Source: Macrostomum hystrix
Taxonomy: Eukaryota; Animalia; Platyhelminthes
Direction of reading: 5' to 3'
Assembly (NCBI GenBank): GCA_950097015.1
Contig: CATNEN010000034.1
Location: 4,402,001 to 4,466,000 of the forward strand
Length of the DNA stretch: 64,000 bases
Part shown: positions 25,541 through 37,092 of the stretch, piece by piece
How positions within the stretch are numbered: the stretch's first letter is position 1
How the letters are laid out: each line of letters begins with the position of its first letter
Position numbers and translations under genes: made by a program
Notes under the pieces: model-generated
Told to the model about the DNA's origin: nothing
Database searches by the model: none
The model's input: the letters and a program-made list of their open reading frames with translations, nothing else

Positions 25541-25745
25541 GGGTTGAAAATCTCTAGTGGTTGAAGCGTTGAACTCACGATTTGAAGGTCGGGGTTCATT
25601 TCCCGATTCCACTGGAACAATCTGTGTCTATAAGCAACACACTCAAGCCTGGATTAATCAGTTCACCCACCTGTTAAACGGGTACCAGCATTAGCTGTGG
25701 TAATAAGGGCGTCCCATCCTACGCACCAGTCCATGTACTACAACG
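25541..25745 (+). mobile_element. tRNA-derived SINE just downstream of the ABCA stop codon
   Basis: Head tagtggttgaagcgttgaactcacgatttgaaggtcggggttcatttcccg aligns with the 37881 copy; body has cacccacctgttaaacgggtacc and ccagtccatg. Confidence 0.7.
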
Positions 25746-28402
25746 CAGCCTTCAGATGCGCCGCGCAATAGCAAATGCGCGGAGTAACTAATTTATCAAT
25801 AATTTATATAATTATTTAACAAACCCATAATGAGCCACTTAACTTCACAAAAACTTTCTAACCTGAATGTCACTTCTTGCAGGCGAGATTCGCAGGAAGT
25901 CAGCCAGTGTTGGCAGCGTTCGTCAGCCGGAAGGGACTCGAAACGGTAGGCACAGTCTCGCTTGTCAGTACTGATGAAGAGTGATTTTTGTCCTTTTAAT
26001 TCACAACTTTTCACGGAAATGGAACAGAAGAGTAAATACGCAATTTAGCTTTATTATACTCTGATTGAGACGATCCGGCTTTCCTTTCCGCCATCACAGT
26101 TGAATCAGCAAAGACGTATCGCTTGCGTCAGGATTAGAAATAACAATATGGACTCCGGTGTAAGCTTAAGCGCTCGTGTCAATTTCACAAGGTTTCACAA
26201 TGGCTGTTTTGTGACGACTGTTGTTCTGTAACAAACACTGCACAATCATTTCTAATGCCTCGCTGATCTGCGTACACTGACCTCTGGATCTTGCACGCTA
26301 GCTTAAGCTTTAACTTTCTGCATGCAGATTCTTGCTTCACTTTTGTTGGATTTTTTTATGTATTATTCAAGGAGTTGCATGAGTAAGTACTTGTTTCCTT
26401 ATAATAGAAAATATTATTTCCGAGTTTCAGCAAGTCTAAGCGCTATAATGATCTCAAAGATATACTTAGAAGTTTCATTTTGCAAGGACTATACTTGGAG
26501 TAGTAGCATGCAAGACTCGATCGATTCGTAGAAAAAAATAAAGGCCGATTCCAAACAAAAGCGAAACTGATGAGATGCTTAGTTTATGTTTCTTAACCTT
26601 CTATGTCCCCTTCTTGAGTGTTTGATGCGAGGTTGTTTATTCTATTGATTTAAAAAGTCATTTTCAGTGAGAGGCCGTGTAGTCATACAGTGCGCTCCTA
26701 TCTCATCCACGTATTTCTATTACGTCATTAAAAAGTACATTGCCAACAAAAGTGCCTGGAGAAAATACATAAAAAATAACTTAATATCCCAAAATAACCT
26801 TTGGGATAAAAACCTTTTAAAAGAATTTTGAAATTACAGTGACACTATAAATTCACCATATATTTGCTCAATTCGACTATTTTTACGAATCCTTTCTCAT
26901 TTTTCTGAATTTCTTTTATGGCTTCAATTCAATCTGCTTATTGGTGGCTCTTTCACTGAATCTTTCAGAGTTTGCAAGTCTGGAGAAACTACAATAAGTA
27001 CAATACAGCGAGCTATCAGCAAACTGTCAACTTTATATGCTTCTCGAAGCAACGACGGTGTTATAGGCTTCATTCAAAAACATATTTTCATAAAAAAAAA
27101 TTTTTTGTTGTAACTTGCCTTAAGGATTTAATAGAATCTAATCAATATAGCCATCAAGTTTCCGTTCTCGCGATCAGAGTTTACTATAGCTCGAAAAATG
27201 TCTGAAAGCGTTCGAAAAAAATGGCATAAAAGACTTACACAGCTTCAGGCAACAATACTGTTGTCTGATCATCGTAAAATTTCACCACGAATATTGATTA
27301 GAGAACGTTTAAACATTGCCGAAAATATTTTCTTTTTAAAATAGCACTGTCGCCATATATAATTGTAGCACAGATGATTATTTCTAAAAATTATTTTTGT
27401 GTTAATTATTAGTAGGTACGAGCTATTTTAGCACGCCCGCGTCATTTCAATGATGCAATTCCTTATTCTCTTAATCCGCCTGCATTCTTGTCGACAGATT
27501 TCATATTGTTATTTTATTTCCTTACTTCTGTAATTATGCTGGGGTCCCATTATTTAATTTGTGTTGTTTTTAGCTTTTTGTGAAGTATCTAAATTAAGCA
27601 CGTGCCTCACGACGACACCTACAAATTCACTATTTCTATTTTGTAATTTTTTACATTGCTATTTTTGGCTAACAGATTAAAACCATGAAAATATTTTTTG
27701 TAATGTATTTTTATTATTAGCTAATTGATATAAAAATAAACTCTAATCAGAAGACTGAAAGCATGTACGAGACGTACGAATATTTACTTCTCGCTCAAAT
27801 AGAACAGGAAATTGGTATTCTTCTGATACTGTCTTGTGACAAAGATTTTTTTATTAATTGTATTATTATTATTTTAATTTTGCTTACCTTCTAAGGTGCT
27901 GATTTTTTTGTTTAGCGAAGAGTTATTTGATAAAGTTAAATATTATACGAATATAATCAAAAGGTAAAAAAATGACGTCGAATAGTCGTGCACAGAATCT
28001 TACGATCGTATAAGGTCTAAATTCCACAATGTCTAAATTTAATTAGGAGATAAGACCAATTTGTTTTAGACTTTTAACTTAGTGTTTGAAATTTATAGCT
28101 TATGAAATTCTGTGCATGCCTATAGGTGTTGTGAAATTTAGGGCCGGTAAACTTTAGGTGCGAATCTGCAGTATTGGCTTATTCCATGTTGTTATAATTG
28201 TGGTTTGTGAAATGTTTTATGTAACGTTTTCTTTTCGACGTTGCGAAATTTGGAGTTTTTGAAGGCAAACCAAAAATATTTTAAATGATGATTCGGCGTA
28301 GTGAATAATATTGGCATCTAGACGTTTTTATATTTAAATATTATGAAAGAAAGCGTCGTTTACCGTCGTTCGGGTTAGTGAAACGCCGCTGGGCTGAGGA
28401 AT

Positions 28403-28679
28403 ACTCACACTCACACTCACACTCACTCTCACACACAAGCACACTCACACACACACACTCACGCTCACACTCACTCTCACACACACAATCACACACACAC
28501 ACTCACACACACTCACACACACCACACTCACACTCACACACACTCACACACACTGACACACACACACACACTCACGCACAATCACACTCACACACACACA
28601 CTCACTCTCTCCCACTCTCTAACATACACACTCACACACACACTCACACACACTTACACACTCACACGCACACACGCAC
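28403..28679. repeat. Compound (CA)n/(CACT)n microsatellite
   Basis: About 275 bp of cacact/cacaca runs. Confidence 0.96.
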
Positions 28680-29354
28680 CAAAAATCATTTCTTGCCAGA
28701 TGCTTCTGTCGTCTTTCTTTTGCTTTTCTCATTTTCTTAAACACAATGAGCAGATTATAAATGCTGTTTCTCTCTATGTCTAAAACCAAAAAAATTAGGG
28801 CACTGAGAGGCCAAGCCATCAACAAAACTCTCATTGCCAAGATGACGAGCGTAGCAATGCGATGACTGGAGAGTGAATTGCTTCTATTAGGGACCGTAAA
28901 GCGCTGCAATCGTAGAAAAATTCAGTTTTCTTAGTATGCTCGTTATTTGGGTACAGAGGCTCGCGAAAAACTGCTTGAGTTTCAATACTTATGTAATAAA
29001 ATGAATGTCCTAGCTGGAGCGTGAGGAATTTAAAGCTATTCACTATTCAGCGGCGACGGTGTCCTACCAATCGTTTCAATAGCAGCAGGGAAATCTGGAA
29101 TTAAACAGCGTTAGAGACTGTGGTAGCGAGCGAAGCGGAATAGATAAGCGATGAGACCCGTGTGTCGTCCTCCGGCCCGGCGAAACTCCCAATGAAAAAG
29201 AATAACACAGTATGAACACGAAGACTCGAATAAATTGATTGGGAGTGATTTAATCAGTTGTCACTCGCTAAGATTCCAGATAAGACTAGGAATTGATTTG
29301 AATCTAGTTTACTTGAATCTAGTTCATTGAAAAGTTACATTGACAGAATAAGGA

Positions 29355-30090
29355 TGTTCACACGGAAATAAATTATAGCGCGCTCACAGTGAAAAGCAAG
29401 TCTGGTCTAACTGGATATAACAATTTTACTTAAACTGGCCTAATCCGCGCCTACTCTTCCCGAGAGGCTCCGGTTGTCTCTGCTTTCAGCGCTGCCCCGA
29501 CAGATCCTATCGGTTGGCACTCCTTCTGCCTGACGGCGGAGTCTCCGAAGAGAGCACGTACTGACTTCGACAACAAGCGCCTATCTAGACCACCCTTGTC
29601 AGCGGCGCACTCTCAAGACGCGTAGCGCCGAAAGCTACCTAACTGAACAAGCGGAGCGTGGTCGGGCGGGGAGAGACAAAACAAAGTGGACTGGTTTGCA
29701 CGTGCTTCTCACAGTGTGAGGCGAATTGCGGAGAACGATAAAAGTCACTGCAAAAACACGCTTCCTTTTATAGAGTCATGTTAACCCCAAATTAGGTCGA
29801 TCGGCGAGGTGGATGCCTGGCTGTACCTTGAGCCAAGGCGACAAATCACAGTAGACTTGCGACCGCCGTTCTGAGCCCCGGGGTCGCTTCTTGCCGAGGG
29901 CCGACAGGTAGTGAGGCCGGGTCGTTCGCTGATTGGCCGGGACTGTAGCCCAGGAGTAGCGCTCGCGGGGTGGTGGGCGTCCGTTCCCCCGGCTGGTCCG
30001 GCCCGGCTTGGCGTGGGTGACTTTTAGCAAAAAAACGCGTGCCTAAAAATAAGTATTGAATAATAACACGGGGAGATAGAAGGGCGAACA
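29355..30090 (-). mobile_element. Candidate solo LTR (736 bp)
   Basis: GC-rich block bounded by TGTTC...GAACA inverted termini; minus-strand CCAAT (29936-29932) and TATAAAAG (29772-29765) in U3-like order. Flanks (aagga and agctg) are not a TSD. Confidence 0.5.
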
Positions 30091-30280
30091 AGCTGACACT
30101 ACACTACAAAATCTAAAACAATAGCGCAGAAACATAACAGCGTTTTTTAATTGATAGTAAGCACTTTACAGAGCTAATCAGCTAATTTTTGTCCAGAAGA
30201 TTTTAAGAGATTACTCTTAAACAGACAGAATTTTTAAGAACTTAGTGATGCTTATTACCAACGCAACTGACAACTGTGAC

Positions 30281-31242
30281 TCAAGGTAGCAAGGAGAAGA
30301 ACTCTTGAATTTGTTTCTCGCTCATTGTGAAATTTGTGACAGCCAGTGCCCGGACGGTACCTCGCAGAAAGTTAGTGGGGAATCGTCGGCCAAGCTGAAG
30401 TATGTAGCAAGCACGGAATGCCGGGAGACTGTAGGATTTGGATGCAACAAACGAGCCATTGAAAAACATGCTTGCAGTTGTCCCGGATGTGGTCAGCCCA
30501 ACGTTGATCCAAGCGTCAGTATTATTCGGCAAGACTAGCGAAGAAAGCAGTCCAGCAGGATAAAAGTACATCTGGTTGGGACTAGTAAATTCCCAGAAAT
30601 GTGGTCCGAGCTGCATCAAATCGCTACAGTTAGCAGCTTCGAAAAACGGCTGCACCTTGGGAAGCCTCCTCAGCCTCATTAGCCAGGTGAAGCCGCCGCT
30701 CACAATGTTGCCCACATCCACAGTCGACGCATACGAAGATGAGCCGTCGAATTCGGCTCCGTCCTCGGTCCACTTCACATTCTCACTGCTCAGTCGGTAT
30801 TGGTCGGGGTCAGCCTGGCACACGAGGTTGTCGAACCTGCTGTCGACTCCGGCCAGCCACACGCCGACGAAGTGAGCAGCCAGGGACTCGGAGCAGCTCG
30901 AGAGAGACGAGACTCGGTACACAGCGCACCTACTAGCGGTTGGAGACTCGACTGCGATGAGCTGAATGTCGCGACACACCGTCTGGTAGCGGAAGAGGCA
31001 GCAGGCACCGTCCGCTCGGCCCACTGCGCGACCAGGTCGCCGGAAAGTGCGCTCGACCGGAACAGACAGGGGATCACACTCGGCGCCTGCCAGCAGTCGA
31101 TGGCGGCGCTGTCATTGAGGCACTGGTTGGTGAGCTTGCACCAGCGCCTTCTGCAGCCGGCTGAGACCACATTAGCCAGAATAATTCCAACGCACACTGC
31201 TTTAAAGAAAATCTTTTTTGAAGTTGTGTGACTCTGACTCAT
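30281..31242 (-). CDS. Putative secreted protein: signal peptide, PAN/apple-like Cys region and LamG/concanavalin-A-like domain; one frameshift near 31025 (pseudogene or sequence error)
   Basis: N-terminus MSQSHTTSKKIFFKAVCVGIILANVVSAG. Second frame reads AEFDGSSSY...FTWLMR...WINVGLT...MFFNGS...LQLGR...FLRGTVRALAVTNFTMSEKQI, fitting the LamG-3/pentraxin-like pattern. The frames join at GCC GAG CG GAC GGT if one base is missing. Confidence 0.65.
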
Positions 31243-32242
31243 TTAAAATACTTTCTTAACAAGCGTTTGAGCTTGGCAGAAAATTTTCTGTATTTATGTC
31301 AACGCAACAGCTTTTTCCTAGCTCTCAAGTCCTTCAAGACAATTAAACCAGCCAAAATAGCCAAGGCAAGAGAAAAATCCCATCTCTTTGGGCACTCTTT
31401 GATTGCTTTTGTTGATGACATTGTCTCCGCCGCTTAGCAGCTCCCTTTTTCGTGTAGAAGCTAGAATTTGAAATGCAAGTTTCCAATACCATTCAGCTAA
31501 TTGTCTTGACTTCTCTGAAAAGGCCTGAAATTTTGAGAGAGTATGAATTTGTATCCGTGTGCCTGGGGTTTTGGCTCTCGCAAAACTATGCTCAAGCAAG
31601 GAAACCACATTTTTTTCTTTTACGAGCTATGTAGTAAGTTGTTGAATTGGTAAAAAACAACTTAGCTTTGCTCTCCTTTTCCCTTCAATAGTCTTATTTC
31701 TGCTTTTGTGGCTACAACTCAAACGAATTCATCTATCGAATGGCCTGTAGAAACATTCACTTAACTTTCTGTAAATTAGGAGCAAGGAATTTCACAATCA
31801 ATTTCGATGTGAGTAATAGAGCTTACTCAGCACGCGAGGCGGTAAAAGACTGCAGGTAAGAAACAACTTATCCGGCGATTTTGTCTTGATTTTAACTTTT
31901 CAAGTGCTCAGTGTTGTACATATAATACGATCTGAGTGAGTGTCCGATTCAGCTGCAGATCTTCCCTGTGGCCTTCAAATTGAATAATTGCGTGGAGTGC
32001 GGAACGAGTGTATATTTTTTCTGTTTGCCTGTTTATATGCGAATATTTAAGATCATTGATGGAGACAGTACTTAAATTATGATCATGTAAATTATATATT
32101 CAGAGAATTTTTAGTTGATTACATACGACACTATAAAAAGTCATAGTTGATTGACAGCGCTCTCAAATTGTTGACTGAGCGCTGAAAATGTTCACTGAGC
32201 TCTCTATTTTTCAAGTCGATCAATTACAAGCACTCGACAGAA

Positions 32243-32661
32243 TCAGTCTTTGCGCCTTGGTGGCCTCTCGTGTATGTTCTGGTCGGCCCTGAGCTCAAGC
32301 ACCGACACCTTCAGCAGGGCGTAGTAGCACTCCCGATCGCATCGCTCGCCTGAGCTGCAGATTTTGCACTCGTCCGGCATCCTGCCACCCTGCATCGGGA
32401 TGCCAACCTTCATACTCATCAACTCCTCCTTCATGACGGTATAATTGCCCATGATGCCGTCCTTTGGACAATTGACATTGTGCACAATGCAAGGCTTCAG
32501 AGTCAGGTCCATCTGCTCCTCTGTGAGTTGCTCAGTCGGATTGGCACGCTAGACATTGATGTAGACGATATTATATGAAATTATAGATTATTTCTGATAC
32601 AAATTGAAGTACTACTTACCAAGGTTAGCAAGAAGAAAACTGCCACGATGCACGGCTTCAT
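32243..32661 (-). CDS. Two-exon small secreted cysteine-rich protein, 115 aa
   Basis: Exon 1 32661-32620 (MKPCIVAVFFLLTL, donor TTG|GTAAGT), 71-nt intron, exon 2 32548-32243 (acceptor tctag|, phase 0) in frame with the tracked ORF; six Cys in the mature part. Confidence 0.7.
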
Positions 32662-33649
32662 TATTCTACAGTCAGTTTGCGTGTAGTCAGTCCAAGTTGA
32701 ATTGCTGATTTCTCTCAGTTTCATGAAACGTCTGCTATGGAAATTTTAGCTGGCCATTTTATACTCGTAGCTGCATGCCTTTTATGAAGCGATTCCGGTC
32801 TGCCACTTGCCTCGGGGCTCGGAAATCAAGTTTCGGAAAAATGCATTTCGGATTTCGTGCACTGCTGGTGCAGTTTAGTGTTCGCGTACAGTTCACAGCA
32901 GGGGCGGAACGCTCTATCTCAATTTCACGGAGAGCTATTGCTGCTTGAAACCAATGAGCCAGGCTGACGTTATTCTATGCGAAAAAGTTTATCAGGCAAA
33001 CGACTGTCTGTCTTCAAATTTGTATCTAAATTTACAATCCATTTATTTGGAAAATAATCCAAATAAACTGCGGAAATTCGTGGACTGCCAAACTGCAGAC
33101 CACCGATACATGGGTGGATGCTATAAATAATGATCACAATTAGTTACTCGTCACACGACAGCGCGGCAACTATATGTGAAATGTTGCCTGACCACAGTTT
33201 TGCTGCTGCACTAAAACAAAGTTATTTTGTGAAACAGCTTAGTTTCGGCAACTGAATAATCATAACCACTTTCAGAAATTTATATTTACTTGTCACACAA
33301 TTGCTTCGCTATTATAGTACTTTAAACATTAAAGTGCATTCTCACAAGCAGTGTTTTTCTCTAGTCGGTCTGGATGTATGAACACACATAACTCACACAT
33401 TCGCTATAAAACTCACTATAAGATAAAAACTCCTGAGGATGAATGAACCGGGCTATAGAGACGAAGATGGGAGCGAAAAGTAAAGTAGAGATACAACCAA
33501 AAGACATTACTCTATTCCACTTAACTCGATCTAACAAAAACAACAATATGCGAGTACGTGCTCGACAGAGTTAGAGTTAGGCGTTAAAAGTCGTGCTTTA
33601 AGGTCTGGTCAAGGGTGTGGCAAAGCCCCGACAGTGTCCGAAGCTCCGG

Positions 33650-34440
33650 CATTGGCTAACAGGTTGTCAACGTAACACCGACTTCGTGCTGCTGCCACCG
33701 CCGAAGGGAGCTAGGCCTGCAGCGAGACCAGCAGCACCTCCTGCGCAGCCTGGGGGGAGCAGTACTCCTCGACGTCGATAAGGTGGACCGCTAACTGTAT
33801 ATATAATCACAGAAGACGCAGTAGGTCGCTTTGGGTGGGCCCGGCCGGCGCGGTGCAATGCCACGCAATGCCACGTTGGTGGTATTCTCGTTAAAGTTGA
33901 TTCTAAAGCCGGTGTGCTCTGCATCGACTTGACACTCCAGCGCCTCTGTCAAGGTCCTCGTCTCGACATTGTAAAGCAGGACCACCTAGAACAGCGCCGC
34001 CCTCTGGCGGTCGGGTAAGGCTGTGGGCTGCAAGATAGCCCTCACAGGACGTAAGGCTGCCCAGCCAAGCCCGCGGCGGCACTACAGATCATCGCGGACG
34101 TTCGGCACCAGACGCCCGAGGTAAACTGCTGACAACGCGGGAGATCCGTCAACTGCCCTTCAGCGCAGAAGATTACGCCCCTCGGTGTCGCTAGGCACGC
34201 AGAGGACGACAGTATTCTGCGTGTTGACACCAGGCCGACGTTCAAAGCGATGGAAACCGCAGCTTGTCCAGCTGCTTCTGACAGCAGGGCGAGATCGTCG
34301 GCGTATCCAAGAAGGCTAAGCCGCCTCTCCGGTTAGCATCGTACCACGCGTCGTTACAACAGAAAACTGTCATCGTTTGTCTACATCTGGGCAGAGCGAT
34401 GCACCCAGTCGAGCACCAGAATGAATTCCGTAGGATATGT
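33650..34440 (-). mobile_element. Degenerate RTE-like non-LTR retrotransposon RT fragment
   Basis: Minus-strand pieces EFILVLDWVHR, LSLLGYADDLALLSE, LNVGL, FTYLG-like and VLLYNVETRTLT match RT domains 4-7 and the downstream region of RTE-clade LINEs; multiple stops and frameshifts. Confidence 0.8.
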
Positions 34441-34850
34441 CAAAGGGATCCGATGGGCCATCCGCTGTTATCACAGAAAATTTCGTGTAGTTGTATATCG
34501 CCATCATGGCGAAAACCATGCATGCAGCAGCTCTCGTACGTTGTAAGCACGAAGCACAAATACTGTATTTGAATTATTCCTAACTTTTGCCAATTGTTAG
34601 TCATATTCACATAGTATTTAAATCGCTCCTTCGTCTTATTGGGGAACATCGTGTATTAATAAGGGAGGCAAGGACAAATAGAAGAACAGTCACTTTCTAA
34701 TAAAGTACGAGTATAAGTGTATTACGAGAATTACGAGAATGTAGAATTTTTTATTTACTAGGCCTAGCTAACTAGTCAGTAGCTGGCCTAGCTATATAGG
34801 CTAATTTATATCTGATTGGTTGCTATTGTGATCTTCATGATAAATAAACG

Positions 34851-35088
34851 AAAATAAAATGAAAACCAATTATTCATGAATGAAGCTTTTTTAAATTCAT
34901 TGAAGTTAGGAAGTTAGGAGTAGGAGCGAGTTAGGAAGCTAGCAGATAAGGGAGCGAATTAGGAAGTGAACTATACATAAGGGAGCGATCGTTAGGAAGA
35001 TAGTAGATAAGGCAGTGAGCAGATAGGGAGCGCTTCAATGAATTTAAAAAAGCTTCATTCATGAATAATTAGTTTTCATATTATTTTT
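34851..35088. mobile_element. Fold-back/MITE-like element
   Basis: Perfect 38-bp inverted repeat at 34868-34905 and 35033-35070, imperfectly extendable about 17 bp outward; purine-rich core of ttaggaag and ataagggagcg repeats. Confidence 0.75.
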
Positions 35089-37092
35089 TTGCAAATTATG
35101 TTTTAAACACAGCATTGGATCTGCTTCTGCTTCCAATAAAAAGTTATCAGAATTTTAATGTAAAAAACGAGAAAAGTTTCTAGATCCCGCCAGTGTCTTT
35201 AATACATTTTTCCCAGAAACGAAATTAACGCTTTCACACACCATCACCACGTGGGTACACATGTTGCGTGGCGAATGTGCTTCGAAAAAGAATTTTAAAA
35301 AGTATATTAAAAATCCATAAAATTGTTTTGAAGCCTAAGACCTATTTAGCGATTTAATAAAAATTGGTTATTCTCCTTGTCAGGCGAACAAACGATAGTG
35401 CCAGTTTAAGAACTTTTTGTTGTTGACAAACTTCAAAGTAAGGCCTATCAGTATTAACTATCATATATTACTTATGCGACAGATTTATTTTCAGTTGTCA
35501 CATTGACGTTGTCAACATAAATATGCCTAGTTACCTCAATTTGCTTTTAGCTACAAATTACAATGTTTAATATTTGTTTTTGTTTACTAGACAAATGCAG
35601 TATAGTAGGCCTATATGTAATGAAAAACTCATAAGTCATAGAGTGAGTGAAGTACTATGTCAATTGAAGTAGCTAGGCAAGCTAGGCAAGTGCTGACATG
35701 GAATTGGGGGATTAAGTGCCATAGACATATGTGGGCTTTGCATACTGTCCTGAGAAGTGCTGAACAAGGAATTCCTCATTCCTGTGGTGTCAATTCTATC
35801 CAAAGAATGTGTTTGGAGTCATGTTCTACTGGGTGGCTCATTACTACGGCACTGTGATTTTCTTCTGAATGACTGACCAAATGACAATTTTCACTTGTTG
35901 CTGTTTGTTGTTATTTGTTCATTTCATAATTTTCCATTATTCTCTGATTAGGACATGCAATTTCAAAAGCAAAAATAATTATGCAAAACAAAGTAAAACA
36001 TTTTCTAGCTGGCTTTAGGCCCTATCAGAAACTCAAATCTAAAATAAATTAAATCAACTAGACCTAGGCCTATTGTGTTAGTAAAAGAAACCATAGCTAT
36101 GTTTGACTACAAATATACAATTTGGCTAGCTAATCTAGGTTAGGGCCTATGCAATACTAAATTTAATGGCAAAAGTAAAAACTTAGGCATTAGGGCCTAT
36201 CAGAATAGCTATCTATGCCTAGGTTAAACTCCAGATTGAAGTGTAAATGTTAACACTAATAAGCTAAGTAGCTAGGCCCTAGCTAAAAATACTTGCTTTA
36301 GCTAGTCTAATTCAATCAAGTATCAAAGTGAGGCCCTATAGCCATTACTTTATTTTCTAGCTATTTAATATACTAATTAGCTAGGGCTTAATATGAATTA
36401 AGTTTTCTCTCTAATTAGCTAAAATGTAGAAAAAATTCTGGAAACAGGACTAACTAGTCTATATAAACATGAAATAGACTATAGCAGACTATAATAGGGA
36501 CAAATCATAATTCTAGAATATTATTTTATTATTGCTATTATATCATTATATAATATATAAATATATATTTAATTTATATAATTGAATCAGACATGAAATT
36601 CCTATAAAAAAATTGTCATAATACTATTCACAAGTATAAATACTGCAATATGACATACATAAGATTTCATCATTCTAACAACTTATTGAGACTCATTAAA
36701 GTATTCCTTTAATTTAGGTTAGTTCTACTATTATATAATACTTAGTAACCAATAGTATATATTCTGATAAGCTTGGGCCTAGTTGTTTTTGGTATCCTAA
36801 ACTAATTTGGTAAAAAGTTCTTAGTTTCTGTTTTATCATAATTGGAAAGTGATCAATTTCTACTTCTTACACACTAGTTTTTTATAAAAATGCCTCTAGA
36901 TATTTTAGTGAGCAGTTATTTTCTGCTTTTATGCTATATAATTTTTCAAACTTAGCTGTCTATCTTAATGTCTAATTAGAAAAAAACAAATGCGTTTTTT
37001 ACTACTTACAGATTATTTGCAGAAAAAATATATGTAGCTTCGCTTAAAAATCCTGCTCTTGTTTACTTTTAGCTGACAAAATTTGGCCTCTG

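Noticed and set aside
28378-28740. His/Thr/Ser-rich 120-aa ORF
   Set aside because: Translation of a CA microsatellite.
29138-29195. Hammerhead ribozyme (gcgatgag...cgaaac)
   Set aside because: The core reads CGAUGA rather than CUGAUGA and I could not form stems I-III; more likely a SINE-type remnant. An Infernal hammerhead search would settle it.
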